Below are positions 36,820 through 45,725 of a stretch of DNA of 64,000 nucleotides, piece after piece. The notes under the pieces are model-generated. The model had not been told where the DNA came from, did no database searches, and worked only from the letters and a program-made list of their open reading frames with translations. Each line of letters begins with the position of its first letter. The stretch's first letter is position 1. Origin of the DNA: a phage. The DNA lies in assembly GCA_025829515.1 (NCBI GenBank), contig GCA_025829515.1_4865.1. One strand, given 5' to 3'. The position numbers and the translations under genes are program-made.

Positions 36820-37407
36820 ATGACAGAACGTATTTTACGACTGCAAGAGAACAGGTTAGAAGACCTGCACGTAATGCGTAGTCGTGGCTTGTTCCCAGTG
36901 GGGCTTGACGTAAGTGGGTTAATAACTTCTGCGCAGCACGGGGACAAGGTCATTACAATGCATTCACGTGGGAACGAAGTGGTCTCTGCGATTTTCATCG
37001 ATAAGGTTATTCCGGACTCGGAAAGTGGTAAGGCGGCGGGACACATCATTTACGAATACTTTCGCAGCATTCTATACGAGGAAAAGATAAACGTCAAAAC
37101 GTTTATGGAATACGCTAAGCGAAATAACTACATCGATGCGCGGCTGATGGTCACGGAAGGCACTCCAACTATAAACGGTAAAGTCCACCATCGTTTACTT
37201 GGAGCACAGTTGCCGAGACTAGGCGAGATACCAACGACGATAGAGCTGCACCAAAAAACAGATTGGCGACACAAAATCGAAGTGCTTCACAAGCTTTACG
37301 ATTTATCGATCGTTCAAATCAAACTGGTGGACTTTACGCCTGCAAATATGCAAATCGCTAAGCGCGCGTTGGGTTTTCGTATTCTTAACACAACCTTCAC
37401 ATTGTAA
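36820..37407 (+). CDS. hypothetical protein (about 195 aa)
   Basis: Start chosen at ATG 36820 (GAGGTG RBS); the track begins at GTG 36811. Confidence 0.45.
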   Translation: MTERILRLQENRLEDLHVMRSRGLFPVGLDVSGLITSAQHGDKVITMHSRGNEVVSAIFIDKVIPDSESGKAAGHIIYEYFRSILYEEKINVKTFMEYAKRNNYIDARLMVTEGTPTINGKVHHRLLGAQLPRLGEIPTTIELHQKTDWRHKIEVLHKLYDLSIVQIKLVDFTPANMQIAKRALGFRILNTTFTL

Positions 37408-37457
37408 AATATCTCAGATATATATTACCTAGGTGAGAGTTAAGAGATTAACTCAAT

Positions 37458-37486
37458 GGCTACCTTCGGGTAGCCTATTCTTTTTT
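37458..37486 (+). terminator. rho-independent terminator (GGCTACC-TTCG-GGTAGCC, T-run)
   Basis: 7-bp stem, TTCG loop, followed by TATTCTTTTTT. Confidence 0.6.
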
Positions 37487-37511
37487 AAACCAATCGACTA
37501 TAGAGCAAAAC

Positions 37512-37913
37512 ATGACTATCAAGAAGTTCTTACAAACAGTAGTAGTTCTGGCCGCATGTGGTATCGCAGCAACTTATGCTTTCGATAAGCCAGACGTGAC
37601 TGAATACACATCAGCTGATTCGGATTATGGCATTGCGCCGAATGAAAAACCGGAACTGATGCGTGAGGTCGAACAGTTACAAATCTACAGACTGACGGAC
37701 GGTAAGAACTGCACAGGGCTGGTTATCGCTGATAAGAAATTGAAAATGTATCAGCGGTTAATCGACATATCGTGCAATCAACCAAAAGTCACCTCGGTCA
37801 GTGTATCGCCACTGGAATTACCGAATTTGGTTGCTGTGAGCTTTTATCACAACGATGTGCTCGTCGGTCGCATCACCCTCAATCGTGGAGATATCAAAAA
37901 TGAAATGCAATAA
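37512..37913 (+). CDS. small secreted protein / lipoprotein, Cys-containing family member 1 (133 aa)
   Basis: N-terminal signal sequence with possible lipobox LAAC; first of four tandem secreted small proteins. Confidence 0.45.
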   Translation: MTIKKFLQTVVVLAACGIAATYAFDKPDVTEYTSADSDYGIAPNEKPELMREVEQLQIYRLTDGKNCTGLVIADKKLKMYQRLIDISCNQPKVTSVSVSPLELPNLVAVSFYHNDVLVGRITLNRGDIKNEMQ

Positions 37914-38391
37914 CGTTAATCGCCACTTGGCCAAAGTGGTGCTTTTTACTGTGCTGTTGATGGCAGTTGTTGTTGGGCTACGGATTTCTAAGGCGCACGC
38001 TGACGAATTCAGCGGGTTCCAGGGCAGTATTAACGGCAGCATTCCAGCATATACCCGCACCATCAATCTTAATGATAAGCCGTTCTGGTGCAATGCGCGT
38101 AAGCTGCTTAAGAAACAGTGTCGTGTAGTTGACATATCCTTCAACGGACGTGTCGCTATCGTACACCGTCCGGGCGATAAAGATTGCCCAGGTGGTTGGT
38201 GGGGTGCAGTCGACCGTCACAACGGTGACGCGTTATGGCTTATCCCTAATCGTGATGAACTATCAGTGGAGAAAATTTGCAGCAAAGATTTCAGGGCCGG
38301 TTTTGTACAGCGACCGGATACCAAAACTCTGGCATCCATCGCTATGTACTACGGTATGGAAACCATCAAAACAATCGACTATTCAGAATAA
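37900..38391 (+). CDS. small secreted protein, Cys-containing family member 2 (about 163 aa)
   Basis: Start chosen at ATG 37900 (MKCNNVNRHLAKVVLFTVLLMAVVVG signal peptide). PFWCNA...C..V...DCPGGWW motifs are similar to ORF 38414. Confidence 0.5.
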   Translation: MKCNNVNRHLAKVVLFTVLLMAVVVGLRISKAHADEFSGFQGSINGSIPAYTRTINLNDKPFWCNARKLLKKQCRVVDISFNGRVAIVHRPGDKDCPGGWWGAVDRHNGDALWLIPNRDELSVEKICSKDFRAGFVQRPDTKTLASIAMYYGMETIKTIDYSE

Positions 38392-38413
38392 CTCAAAAAA
38401 TTGAGGTACTATT

Positions 38414-38824
38414 ATGAAACATTTTTTATTACCAGTTTTACTTGCTACTCTGGCCATTAGCTTCTTCGCTCGCGCTGGAAGTATCGAGTTACCAAAAGTT
38501 GTTAACGATCACGAATACGGCGGGCCGTTCTGGTGCCAGAACTCTGACGTACAAGGCGGTAGCTGTCAGATCGTTGCGATGTCCGATAACAACCGTTACC
38601 TGTTAGTGAAAACGATGGGCGGTGTCGCATGTGGCGACCCTGAATACGGGGTTATTAACATGGCAACAGGTCAGGCCGAATCCATGAACTACAATGATAA
38701 CCAAGCCTGTAGCGGTGAAGCCGTTGCTGAGTTTACTCGCGACCCAGGTGATAATGCCCTGACGGTTATCATGTACGACCCTACGATTAAGAAAAACGTA
38801 GGCATCAATAAACTCGACTTTTAA
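38414..38824 (+). CDS. small secreted protein, Cys-containing family member 3 (136 aa)
   Basis: Signal peptide MKHFLLPVLLATLAISFFARA; GPFWCQN...C..V...CGDPEYG; GAGG RBS. Confidence 0.5.
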   Translation: MKHFLLPVLLATLAISFFARAGSIELPKVVNDHEYGGPFWCQNSDVQGGSCQIVAMSDNNRYLLVKTMGGVACGDPEYGVINMATGQAESMNYNDNQACSGEAVAEFTRDPGDNALTVIMYDPTIKKNVGINKLDF

Positions 38825-38837
38825 GTAAGGAAACAAC

Positions 38838-39221
38838 ATGCGTGGATTTATGGGTATTATCGCGGCGGTGTTCTTGACCGCTTCTGCTTCAGCTACAACC
38901 AGCGTAGAAGATTTACTGCCAGGCACACCGTATCAGTACAACCCGCCTTCATTCGAAGTCTGTACTGGCGACGATGGCAGATGTGAAGAAGTCAGCCGTC
39001 ACGACGAGTATATCCTGGTCCACGCAAAGGGCGAGGAAACTTGTCCGGCTGGTTACTACTTCTTGTTGAACTCAAAGGCACAAGAGATTGTGCCGGTAGA
39101 GACAATAACGTGCGACCCGACGCTTCGCGCGTCGCTCGCTTACAATACGAAAACCAAACAACGCCTCCTGGTTATTGAACAGCAAGGGGTGGTGCGTGGT
39201 TCAGTAGCGCTCGACCAGTAA
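38838..39221 (+). CDS. small secreted protein, Cys-containing family member 4 (127 aa)
   Basis: Signal peptide MRGFMGIIAAVFLTASASA; Cys spacing similar to the neighbours; AAGGAA RBS. Confidence 0.5.
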   Translation: MRGFMGIIAAVFLTASASATTSVEDLLPGTPYQYNPPSFEVCTGDDGRCEEVSRHDEYILVHAKGEETCPAGYYFLLNSKAQEIVPVETITCDPTLRASLAYNTKTKQRLLVIEQQGVVRGSVALDQ

Positions 39222-39350
39222 CCGAAAAGTTTTCAGACAGATGTTATAACGTGAGATGACGACCCATCTCACTTTGGCCCTGCGGTGATTTCCCCAACAC
39301 TTAGCCGCAGGGTCCTTTTTAATCGACTATTACTCGTAAGGATTAAGCAA

Positions 39351-39851
39351 ATGAACATGAACATTCTCGACGATACCCGTTCTTCTTTCTTTACTCAGAT
39401 GAACGTCAATCCCGAACGTACCCGTGCCATTCTTTCCACTGGCTGGAAGTTAAAGCTGTTAGGCGAGTTAACCCTAAACCGCACCGACTGGCCAGAAGAA
39501 GCGACCGTATTGATTAACAGCATTCACAGCGAGTGGCTAGATGCTGCGTTGAATGCCCCACAACTACGTCCGTACTATCGGATGCTTCATGCGGGTTATG
39601 AAGTATACCGCAAAGGTTGGTACGCTGCAGCCACTTATTGCAAAACCCCTGAAGGTCGTGAAGACAACACTGTCGACCACGTATTAGTAAACAATTTCTG
39701 GGGCGACCAAATCGAAGTCTTACAACTTTCCACCGGTGACCGTATTCCGGCCTGTGAGTTATTCGAAACTAACGCACAAATGTACGAACCATATGCAATG
39801 ATTCGTGGCCGTAAGGTCCCAATCATTTCCCTTATGCATATGGGGCTGTAA
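39351..39851 (+). CDS. hypothetical protein (about 166 aa)
   Basis: Start chosen at ATG 39351 (AAGGA RBS) rather than the upstream track start. Confidence 0.45.
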   Translation: MNMNILDDTRSSFFTQMNVNPERTRAILSTGWKLKLLGELTLNRTDWPEEATVLINSIHSEWLDAALNAPQLRPYYRMLHAGYEVYRKGWYAAATYCKTPEGREDNTVDHVLVNNFWGDQIEVLQLSTGDRIPACELFETNAQMYEPYAMIRGRKVPIISLMHMGL

Positions 39852-39858
39852 ATACGAG

Positions 39859-39890
39859 AGGTAGCCTACGGGCTACCTTCTTTTTTTGTT
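39859..39890 (+). terminator. rho-independent terminator (AGGTAGCC-TACG-GGCTACCT, T7 run)
   Basis: 8-bp stem followed by TCTTTTTTTGTT. Confidence 0.6.
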
Positions 39891-39905
39891 GAAGAAGGAT
39901 TAAAC

Positions 39906-40532
39906 ATGAACGAGATTACCCTGATTCGTTTCATCGACGACATGGTGACGTGTCAGAAAGCGAATCGTCAGGATACCAAACTACGTATCAATCTGATGGA
40001 AGAAGAGGTAGAAGGGTTTCTGGAATACCCGCGATTGGTGAAGTGGTTTAAAGAAGCACTGCCGCGTAGCTGGGAACAGCTCGAAGCGTGGTTTGCTCTA
40101 CCTATTGCAGAACGTAATCCCAATAATACGATCTTCACCGGAACTACTGCATTAGATTTGGCTGGTTCGGTGGAGCAACCTAAACGTTTAGTTTTCTTCT
40201 ACGTCAATGGCGATTCAATAATGGCTGATACAGTTAACTGGATTTCCGATGAGTTAACTGTAAACACCACTTTGGTCGGTAGCGCTGCTGATGCCTGGGT
40301 TGTTGGTCAGCACCAATCGCAACCGTACGAAGAAATCAAAACCGGTTATTTAATCCCGATATATCTCGACGGCGTGGCACCCGGTCGTAGTGCCGAACTG
40401 TTCAAATTCCTGCTTACTGAAACGTTAAAGGTTGTCGATTCTGATGCCGGACGTGCGTGGTACGAATTAACCAAAGAGCGCACCGATAGTTTTTGGGAAT
40501 CACTCGGACACCGTAAGTTTATTCCGCAATAA
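39906..40532 (+). CDS. hypothetical protein (208 aa)
   Basis: ATG with GAAGGA RBS; followed by a terminator. Confidence 0.5.
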   Translation: MNEITLIRFIDDMVTCQKANRQDTKLRINLMEEEVEGFLEYPRLVKWFKEALPRSWEQLEAWFALPIAERNPNNTIFTGTTALDLAGSVEQPKRLVFFYVNGDSIMADTVNWISDELTVNTTLVGSAADAWVVGQHQSQPYEEIKTGYLIPIYLDGVAPGRSAELFKFLLTETLKVVDSDAGRAWYELTKERTDSFWESLGHRKFIPQ

Positions 40533-40543
40533 CTCTCCTCTCT

Positions 40544-40575
40544 GGAACCCTTCGGGGTTCCATTTCTTCTTTTTT
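40544..40575 (+). terminator. rho-independent terminator (GGAACCC-TTCG-GGGTTCC, T-run)
   Basis: 7-bp stem, TTCG loop, followed by ATTTCTTCTTTTTT. Confidence 0.6.
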
Positions 40576-40628
40576 ACGCATGACCTTTTGGATATGAACG
40601 ACTAATACTTTCTCATTAGAAGGCAAAC

Positions 40629-43139
40629 ATGCTCAAGGTCGAACGTATCATTTTGAAAGGATTTACCGGCATGGGGTTACATGAAATCGAAACGTTTGAT
40701 TTCACCCTTAAGTCAACCGTTACCATCATCCTCGGTGGCAACGGCTGCGGTAAAACAAGCCTCCTATCTGTTTTTCTCCCCTTAGCTCCAGCAAAATCTG
40801 AATTCCGTGAAGGTGGTTCTTACACTAACTACGCGTTAGTCGGGGACGACCGTCTTAAGTTTGAAGTCCTGCGACGTGGGTCTTCTTTGTCTTGTAGTAT
40901 TTTCAATATCACTAAAGGTGTCTCCATCGTAGACTCGGTAAACGCCAAAGTTTACAACTCCATGGTGGAGCAATTAACCGGAATCACCAAAGAAATCAAA
41001 GAGTTAATTAATGGTGAGACCTTATTAACTGACGCCACTACCGAAGTTCGTCGTAAATGGTTTACGTTAATGTCAGAATCTGATCTGACGTACGTTGTTG
41101 GTTGCTATCGACGTTTGCGTAAACTCGCTTCCAGTTTAAGTGGGGCCATTGAGCACACCGGCCGTAAAATCGGTGAGGCAAAAATGCGCGTGGTGGACGA
41201 TGAAGAAGATCGTGCACGTTTGGAAGTTCGTTTGAAAGAACTCGATGCTGAGCTTCAGGAATTAAACCGCACAATTGAAGCGAGACCCGGTTTAGATAAT
41301 GCCGTTTCGGTTGATAGTATCCGGAAACGCATTGCTTCGTTGCAACCGGCTGTAAAACTCATTATGGAACGTTATGGCGTTCTGCCTTCTGACGAACTGA
41401 TTAACGAGTTTCAAAGTCGTGTGGTTGCCTGGCGTGAGCAAGCTGCCTCTGCTGAAACTGAATGCAACATGTACAATAAAGAGTTGTCACAGCTACTGGA
41501 TGAGGAGTCGCGTCAAGCGTATCTGATGCGCAACCATACCGGTCTAAAACAAACAATCGACAGCTTAAAACAGGAACTGGCAACGTTCCAACAGAACTGG
41601 ATGTTCCCGGCTCTGTTTGAAGGTACCCGCATTGATGTGGATAGCATTCAGAACGCGTTAAACGATGCCTGTAACTGGAATTTACCGTTGTCCATGCATC
41701 TGGACCAGTTAAAGACAACAGATCGCCTGGGAGCGTTAGAGAAGCGTTTACAGGGTATGGATTTAACCTCTGCGGGTCTATCTGAAAAGCTGCAACGTTG
41801 TGAGAATGTGCTACACGGTTTATACCACGACCGTCAACACTTCTTAGAAACTGCAGAAGTTGATTGTCCACAGTGTAACCACCGTTTCCGTCCTGGGATT
41901 CGTAAGTCGTTACCTGAAATTGAAAAGGCCATCAACGATAATGAAGGTTGGAAGAAGCAGCTGAAAGACGAAATGGATAGTCTTTTGCGTGACCGCAAAG
42001 AGATTGAAGAGGACGTCCGTAGCTTACGTACGATTCGCGAAATCGTCATGTCGTATTCCAACCATCCTGTTGTCGGTTTGTTTTTCCGTAAACTGCAGGA
42101 GCTGGATATCTTCACCACGGCGCGGGATCGTTATGGTGCCATTGCACGTGCCTTTACCGAAGAGTTAGATTCGGCCATGATGTATCTGCGTCAATCAGCG
42201 AAGCTTGCAACAGCGGAACGGGAATGGCAAGAGGCTGTTGCCGCAGTAGGTAATGTTGATGGTGCGCTGAGCCAGAAAATTGAACATATCCGTTCACAAC
42301 TGGACGGGGCTAACCGTCGACTGATAGAATACCGCAGACAAGCCAATGAGCTGGAACGCGAAACCACCCAACTGCAACAAACCAAAGAAGCAATCGAACG
42401 TTTCCAAAAAGGCTACGAACATCTGGTATCGGAAATGAACATCTCCGTTAACAACGTCGTGGTTCGCGAGTTGTTAAACCGACGCGAAGCGAAGCTCGAT
42501 GCGTACACTTCCGCTCGTGAACGGTTTCGTCAAATGGAAGGGGCTATTGCACGTTTAGCGGAATTGGAAAAAGAGCAAGCTGAGTTGCTCAAAGAACACC
42601 ATCATGCCAGATTGATTATCAATGCCGTCTCACCCGAAAAAGGATTATTGCGTCGTTACTTTTATGCTGCGATTACCCGCATCATGGATTTAATGAATCG
42701 GTATATCGAAATGGTGTGGGCATATCCGATGCAGGTTATTCCATGCGATCTAACCGACGGGGATTTGGATTATACTTTCCCGGTGCGATTAAAAGACCAT
42801 GAAGAACTGGTGCCGGATGTGAAGAAAGGTTCAAAAGCACAGCGTATCATTTTCAACATGATGTTTCGTTTAACGGCGTATAAAGCACTTGGTTTACAAA
42901 ATTATCCTTTGTTATTGGATGAACCATCTGAAGGCATGGATGAAGAACACAAAAACCGATTAGTTAACTTCATTAAATCGTTGGCGTTGTCGGGAGAGTT
43001 TTCTCAATTGCTGGTCGTTTCGCATGAAGCGGAAGTTCATTCTAAACTTAACGAAGCCACCTACTGTGTCGTAGAACCAGAAGGTGTAACGCTTCCACCG
43101 GTGTATAACGAAGGGGTAATAATCAAATATGCATCATAA
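40629..43139 (+). CDS. Rad50/SbcC-like recombination/repair ATPase with zinc hook (836 aa)
   Basis: N-terminal Walker A GGNGCGKTS; long coiled-coil middle containing CPQCNHRF (CxxC zinc-hook); C-terminal LLLDEPSEGMDEEH (Walker B / D-loop) and VVSHE (H-loop). Confidence 0.7.
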   Translation: MLKVERIILKGFTGMGLHEIETFDFTLKSTVTIILGGNGCGKTSLLSVFLPLAPAKSEFREGGSYTNYALVGDDRLKFEVLRRGSSLSCSIFNITKGVSIVDSVNAKVYNSMVEQLTGITKEIKELINGETLLTDATTEVRRKWFTLMSESDLTYVVGCYRRLRKLASSLSGAIEHTGRKIGEAKMRVVDDEEDRARLEVRLKELDAELQELNRTIEARPGLDNAVSVDSIRKRIASLQPAVKLIMERYGVLPSDELINEFQSRVVAWREQAASAETECNMYNKELSQLLDEESRQAYLMRNHTGLKQTIDSLKQELATFQQNWMFPALFEGTRIDVDSIQNALNDACNWNLPLSMHLDQLKTTDRLGALEKRLQGMDLTSAGLSEKLQRCENVLHGLYHDRQHFLETAEVDCPQCNHRFRPGIRKSLPEIEKAINDNEGWKKQLKDEMDSLLRDRKEIEEDVRSLRTIREIVMSYSNHPVVGLFFRKLQELDIFTTARDRYGAIARAFTEELDSAMMYLRQSAKLATAEREWQEAVAAVGNVDGALSQKIEHIRSQLDGANRRLIEYRRQANELERETTQLQQTKEAIERFQKGYEHLVSEMNISVNNVVVRELLNRREAKLDAYTSARERFRQMEGAIARLAELEKEQAELLKEHHHARLIINAVSPEKGLLRRYFYAAITRIMDLMNRYIEMVWAYPMQVIPCDLTDGDLDYTFPVRLKDHEELVPDVKKGSKAQRIIFNMMFRLTAYKALGLQNYPLLLDEPSEGMDEEHKNRLVNFIKSLALSGEFSQLLVVSHEAEVHSKLNEATYCVVEPEGVTLPPVYNEGVIIKYAS

Positions 43140-43320
43140 AGGTTGGCGCTTATGGGCTTGGTGGGGTTTTCAGTTCCTTCAGTTTGTTGTGATGGTACTG
43201 TACCTCTCCTTTTGTGCAACCGTAGTGGTTATCGCTGCGGTCGTTTATTTAGCTGCTGCTCTTAAAGAACGTCTGTTCGACACGCGTTGTGAGTGGCGAG
43301 ATATAGGGGAACGGACATGA
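43129..43320 (+). CDS. small hydrophobic membrane protein (63 aa)
   Basis: Trp-rich N-terminus and two predicted TM helices; start overlaps the end of the Rad50-like gene. Confidence 0.4.
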   Translation: MHHKGWRLWAWWGFQFLQFVVMVLYLSFCATVVVIAAVVYLAAALKERLFDTRCEWRDIGERT

Positions 43321-43421
43321 TTGAAGGTATCGTATTAACCGGTATTGCACTGTGGTTGATTCGTGGTGCCTGGGGTTGGATTATCCGCACGAAAGGATGG
43401 GCGTTCCATGGCAACACGTAA
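43317..43421 (+). CDS. tiny hydrophobic peptide (34 aa)
   Basis: ATGA overlap with the upstream stop; MIEGIVLTGIALWLIRGAWGWIIR is a single TM-like helix. Not in the track. Confidence 0.25.
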   Translation: MIEGIVLTGIALWLIRGAWGWIIRTKGWAFHGNT

Positions 43422-43611
43422 ACCACGTCGCTTAAAATCTTGGGCGGTTGTGATAATGCACACTGTAGTGTTGCTGGGTATTTTCTTGTCTCGTGCCACG
43501 CCTGCCTTTTGGGGCTTAGTTGTTTTGGTGTTCTTAGAAGGGGTTTACTTCGGTAATCTGTGGAGCAAGCCCCCGCGTTTAAGGGACCCGGCTTATGACA
43601 GTCGTGAATAG
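43408..43611 (+). CDS. small membrane protein (about 67 aa)
   Basis: Start chosen at ATG 43408 (AAAGGATGG RBS); two hydrophobic helices. Confidence 0.35.
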   Translation: MATRKPRRLKSWAVVIMHTVVLLGIFLSRATPAFWGLVVLVFLEGVYFGNLWSKPPRLRDPAYDSRE

Positions 43612-43726
43612 TGTCAACGCGGCGATGATTGCAACGGGTGCGTATGACGGTGCCACATGGACAGATGTTGGTATCACGCTTATCATTTGCGCAATCGGAG
43701 CGTTTGTAGCAACATGGTTATTTTAG
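43595..43726 (+). CDS. tiny hydrophobic peptide (43 aa)
   Basis: ATG overlapping the end of the previous ORF; GITLIICAIGAFVATWLF TM-like segment. Not in the track. Confidence 0.25.
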   Translation: MTVVNSVNAAMIATGAYDGATWTDVGITLIICAIGAFVATWLF

Positions 43727-43839
43727 TGAAATGGGTTGGGTGTATCGTCTGTAGCCTGATACTAGGAGCGGGCGCATACGCCCTAGGCGCAATCCTTGCA
43801 TTGACGCAAGGTTGGTTTTAACAGGAGGGTAATTACGAA

Positions 43840-44118
43840 GTGGGAGAAACGTCATGTAACAGTGAAACAGTCTCTGATCCCGTGGTCGTGGGTTCAGGGG
43901 CGGCCGAGCCAACCCGGCGTATCGTTCTTTCGGGCGTGGGGATGGCTATAGGGTCTTCAAAGAACCTTCTAGCAGACATCGCGGAAGTCTGCGGGCCGGA
44001 TGATTTTGCAGTTTCACGTACAGTCGGGGAAGACTGGCGTGGTAATCAGAAGCGCCATGAGCGAATGTGGCGACGGAAGGTTACCTCAGCATCGCAGCGT
44101 TTTCAACGACGTTGTTGA
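43840..44118 (+). CDS. hypothetical protein (92 aa)
   Basis: GTG start with AGGAGGG RBS. Confidence 0.35.
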   Translation: MGETSCNSETVSDPVVVGSGAAEPTRRIVLSGVGMAIGSSKNLLADIAEVCGPDDFAVSRTVGEDWRGNQKRHERMWRRKVTSASQRFQRRC

Positions 44119-44237
44119 TCAAAGACACGGTTCCGATAGAGAACTGGTCTTTACCTGCAGCGGTATACACCGCTAAGCTTTACCGGTAAACTTAAGAAAA
44201 CACAAACGCAATTCTTCGTTACTCGCTTTCATCGCAG

Positions 44238-44753
44238 GTGAAAGCTCACTTAGGAATTCAGCTCATGGCCGAAATTGTCATTCTTTCCTCATCCTCAGAT
44301 TTAACGGAAGCACAAAATAAACAGCTGTTGGGGCTGCATTATAAATTTCTGAACCACCAACGTACCATACTCCATATCGAAAAAGGTGAGATTCCGAACC
44401 TCACTCTGGAGAAACTGTTGGCGGGGAACCGTGCCTGCGTTGCTCTGGAAGGGGGCACCCCTGTTGGTTACTGTTTGTATCGCGTAATCGCTGGGGTTCT
44501 GAAGATTCGTACGATGTTCGTGTCCGAAATGGCACGCCGTCGCAAAACGATGACGCAGATTTTTGATGCGCTTGATGTGAATGAGCAGTTCACCAGTGCG
44601 CATGGGGGAATATACGCTTGCCAGGAAGCTGGTATTGCGTTCTTTACCGCTCGCGGTTTTGACAAGACCGTCTCTACAGACGGACAATGGCTTGAATTTA
44701 AGAAGCAGGTTCCTGCGGAAGCAGATGAACCTTTAAGGACTGCGGTAGCATAG
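44238..44753 (+). CDS. hypothetical protein (up to 171 aa; an ATG at 44265 is an alternative start)
   Basis: ORF track; weak RBS; no confident motif (an acetyltransferase-like fold was considered but is not supported). Confidence 0.4.
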   Translation: MKAHLGIQLMAEIVILSSSSDLTEAQNKQLLGLHYKFLNHQRTILHIEKGEIPNLTLEKLLAGNRACVALEGGTPVGYCLYRVIAGVLKIRTMFVSEMARRRKTMTQIFDALDVNEQFTSAHGGIYACQEAGIAFFTARGFDKTVSTDGQWLEFKKQVPAEADEPLRTAVA

Positions 44754-44823
44754 TCCTGTTTTAGCACTCCTTACGATTATGCCTCACTATGAGTGGGGTA
44801 TTTTTACGCGAGGAGTGCTATTT

Positions 44824-45042
44824 ATGTTTCACCGTCCTGGGTTTTCAGCTTTAAACACCGATGTCTGTTGGGCTGAGTACGAGCGGGTGAAGGAGTTCTT
44901 ACCCGTAAATCCTAAACACATCAACGTGGGTACTATCGGGCGTGTTGCGTTCGATGATACTCCGCTGAGTACGTGTATTAAAGCAGCGCTTGGTACGCTG
45001 CCTGAGCCTCACCACCACGACTGGGAGGCAACTTTACCCTAA
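44824..45042 (+). CDS. hypothetical small protein (about 72 aa)
   Basis: Start chosen at ATG 44824 with GAGGAG RBS; that RBS can pair with an upstream complement (see findings). Confidence 0.3.
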   Translation: MFHRPGFSALNTDVCWAEYERVKEFLPVNPKHINVGTIGRVAFDDTPLSTCIKAALGTLPEPHHHDWEATLP

Positions 45043-45053
45043 GGAGCATTAAA

Positions 45054-45476
45054 ATGGTTACCGCTATTCGCGAAACAAAATCACTATACGATCATTTATC
45101 AGAAGAAGAAACAGCCTTATTCTACGACCTGTTACCTGAAACCAAAGCAAACGTTCAGTGGTGGTTACGTTTAGCGCTACGTGATAAAGTTGGGGAAACG
45201 CCGGTTAGTATTCTCGCGCACACGTTGGACATGACGCCCATGATTGAAATCGCGATTACCCGCCCTAAATTCTGGCGGCCTGGTATGGTGCGTGAGGCGT
45301 ATCTACTCCAACGCTTAGGTGTTGACCCGGAGAAGTGTTGGCGTAAGATGGACGACCATCGCTACCGTGAAGAAATTACGAATAGCCTCAACACTATGTT
45401 GGCAATGAAACGGCTCGGTATCGAACACGAAGGTTTCGAGTCAGCGGTAAAAGCCTGGGTGAAAAGGAATAGCTAA
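45054..45476 (+). CDS. hypothetical protein (140 aa)
   Basis: ATG with AAGGAG RBS. Confidence 0.45.
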   Translation: MVTAIRETKSLYDHLSEEETALFYDLLPETKANVQWWLRLALRDKVGETPVSILAHTLDMTPMIEIAITRPKFWRPGMVREAYLLQRLGVDPEKCWRKMDDHRYREEITNSLNTMLAMKRLGIEHEGFESAVKAWVKRNS

Positions 45477-45725
45477 ATGCAAAAAACAATCATCGGAATA
45501 ACGGTTGGTTCTTTCTGTGGCTTCCCTACCCCACAAACAGAACCCCAATATTTGGGCGCAGGCAAACCTGACCCGGAAGTCCGTAAGTTGCGCGAAGAAG
45601 CAAAAGCCAGAGTTCTTACTGAGCTGGAATCGTTGCTTCAGTCTCCGGTTATTTCACAATGGGGTATGGCAATAGATGTCACTCGAACTGATCGACGAGG
45701 CCGTTATCTCCCACGACTTGTTTAA
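45477..45725 (+). CDS. hypothetical small protein (82 aa)
   Basis: TAAATG stop/start junction with AAAGGAA RBS; its 3' end overlaps the next gene by 50 nt. Confidence 0.3.
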   Translation: MQKTIIGITVGSFCGFPTPQTEPQYLGAGKPDPEVRKLREEAKARVLTELESLLQSPVISQWGMAIDVTRTDRRGRYLPRLV

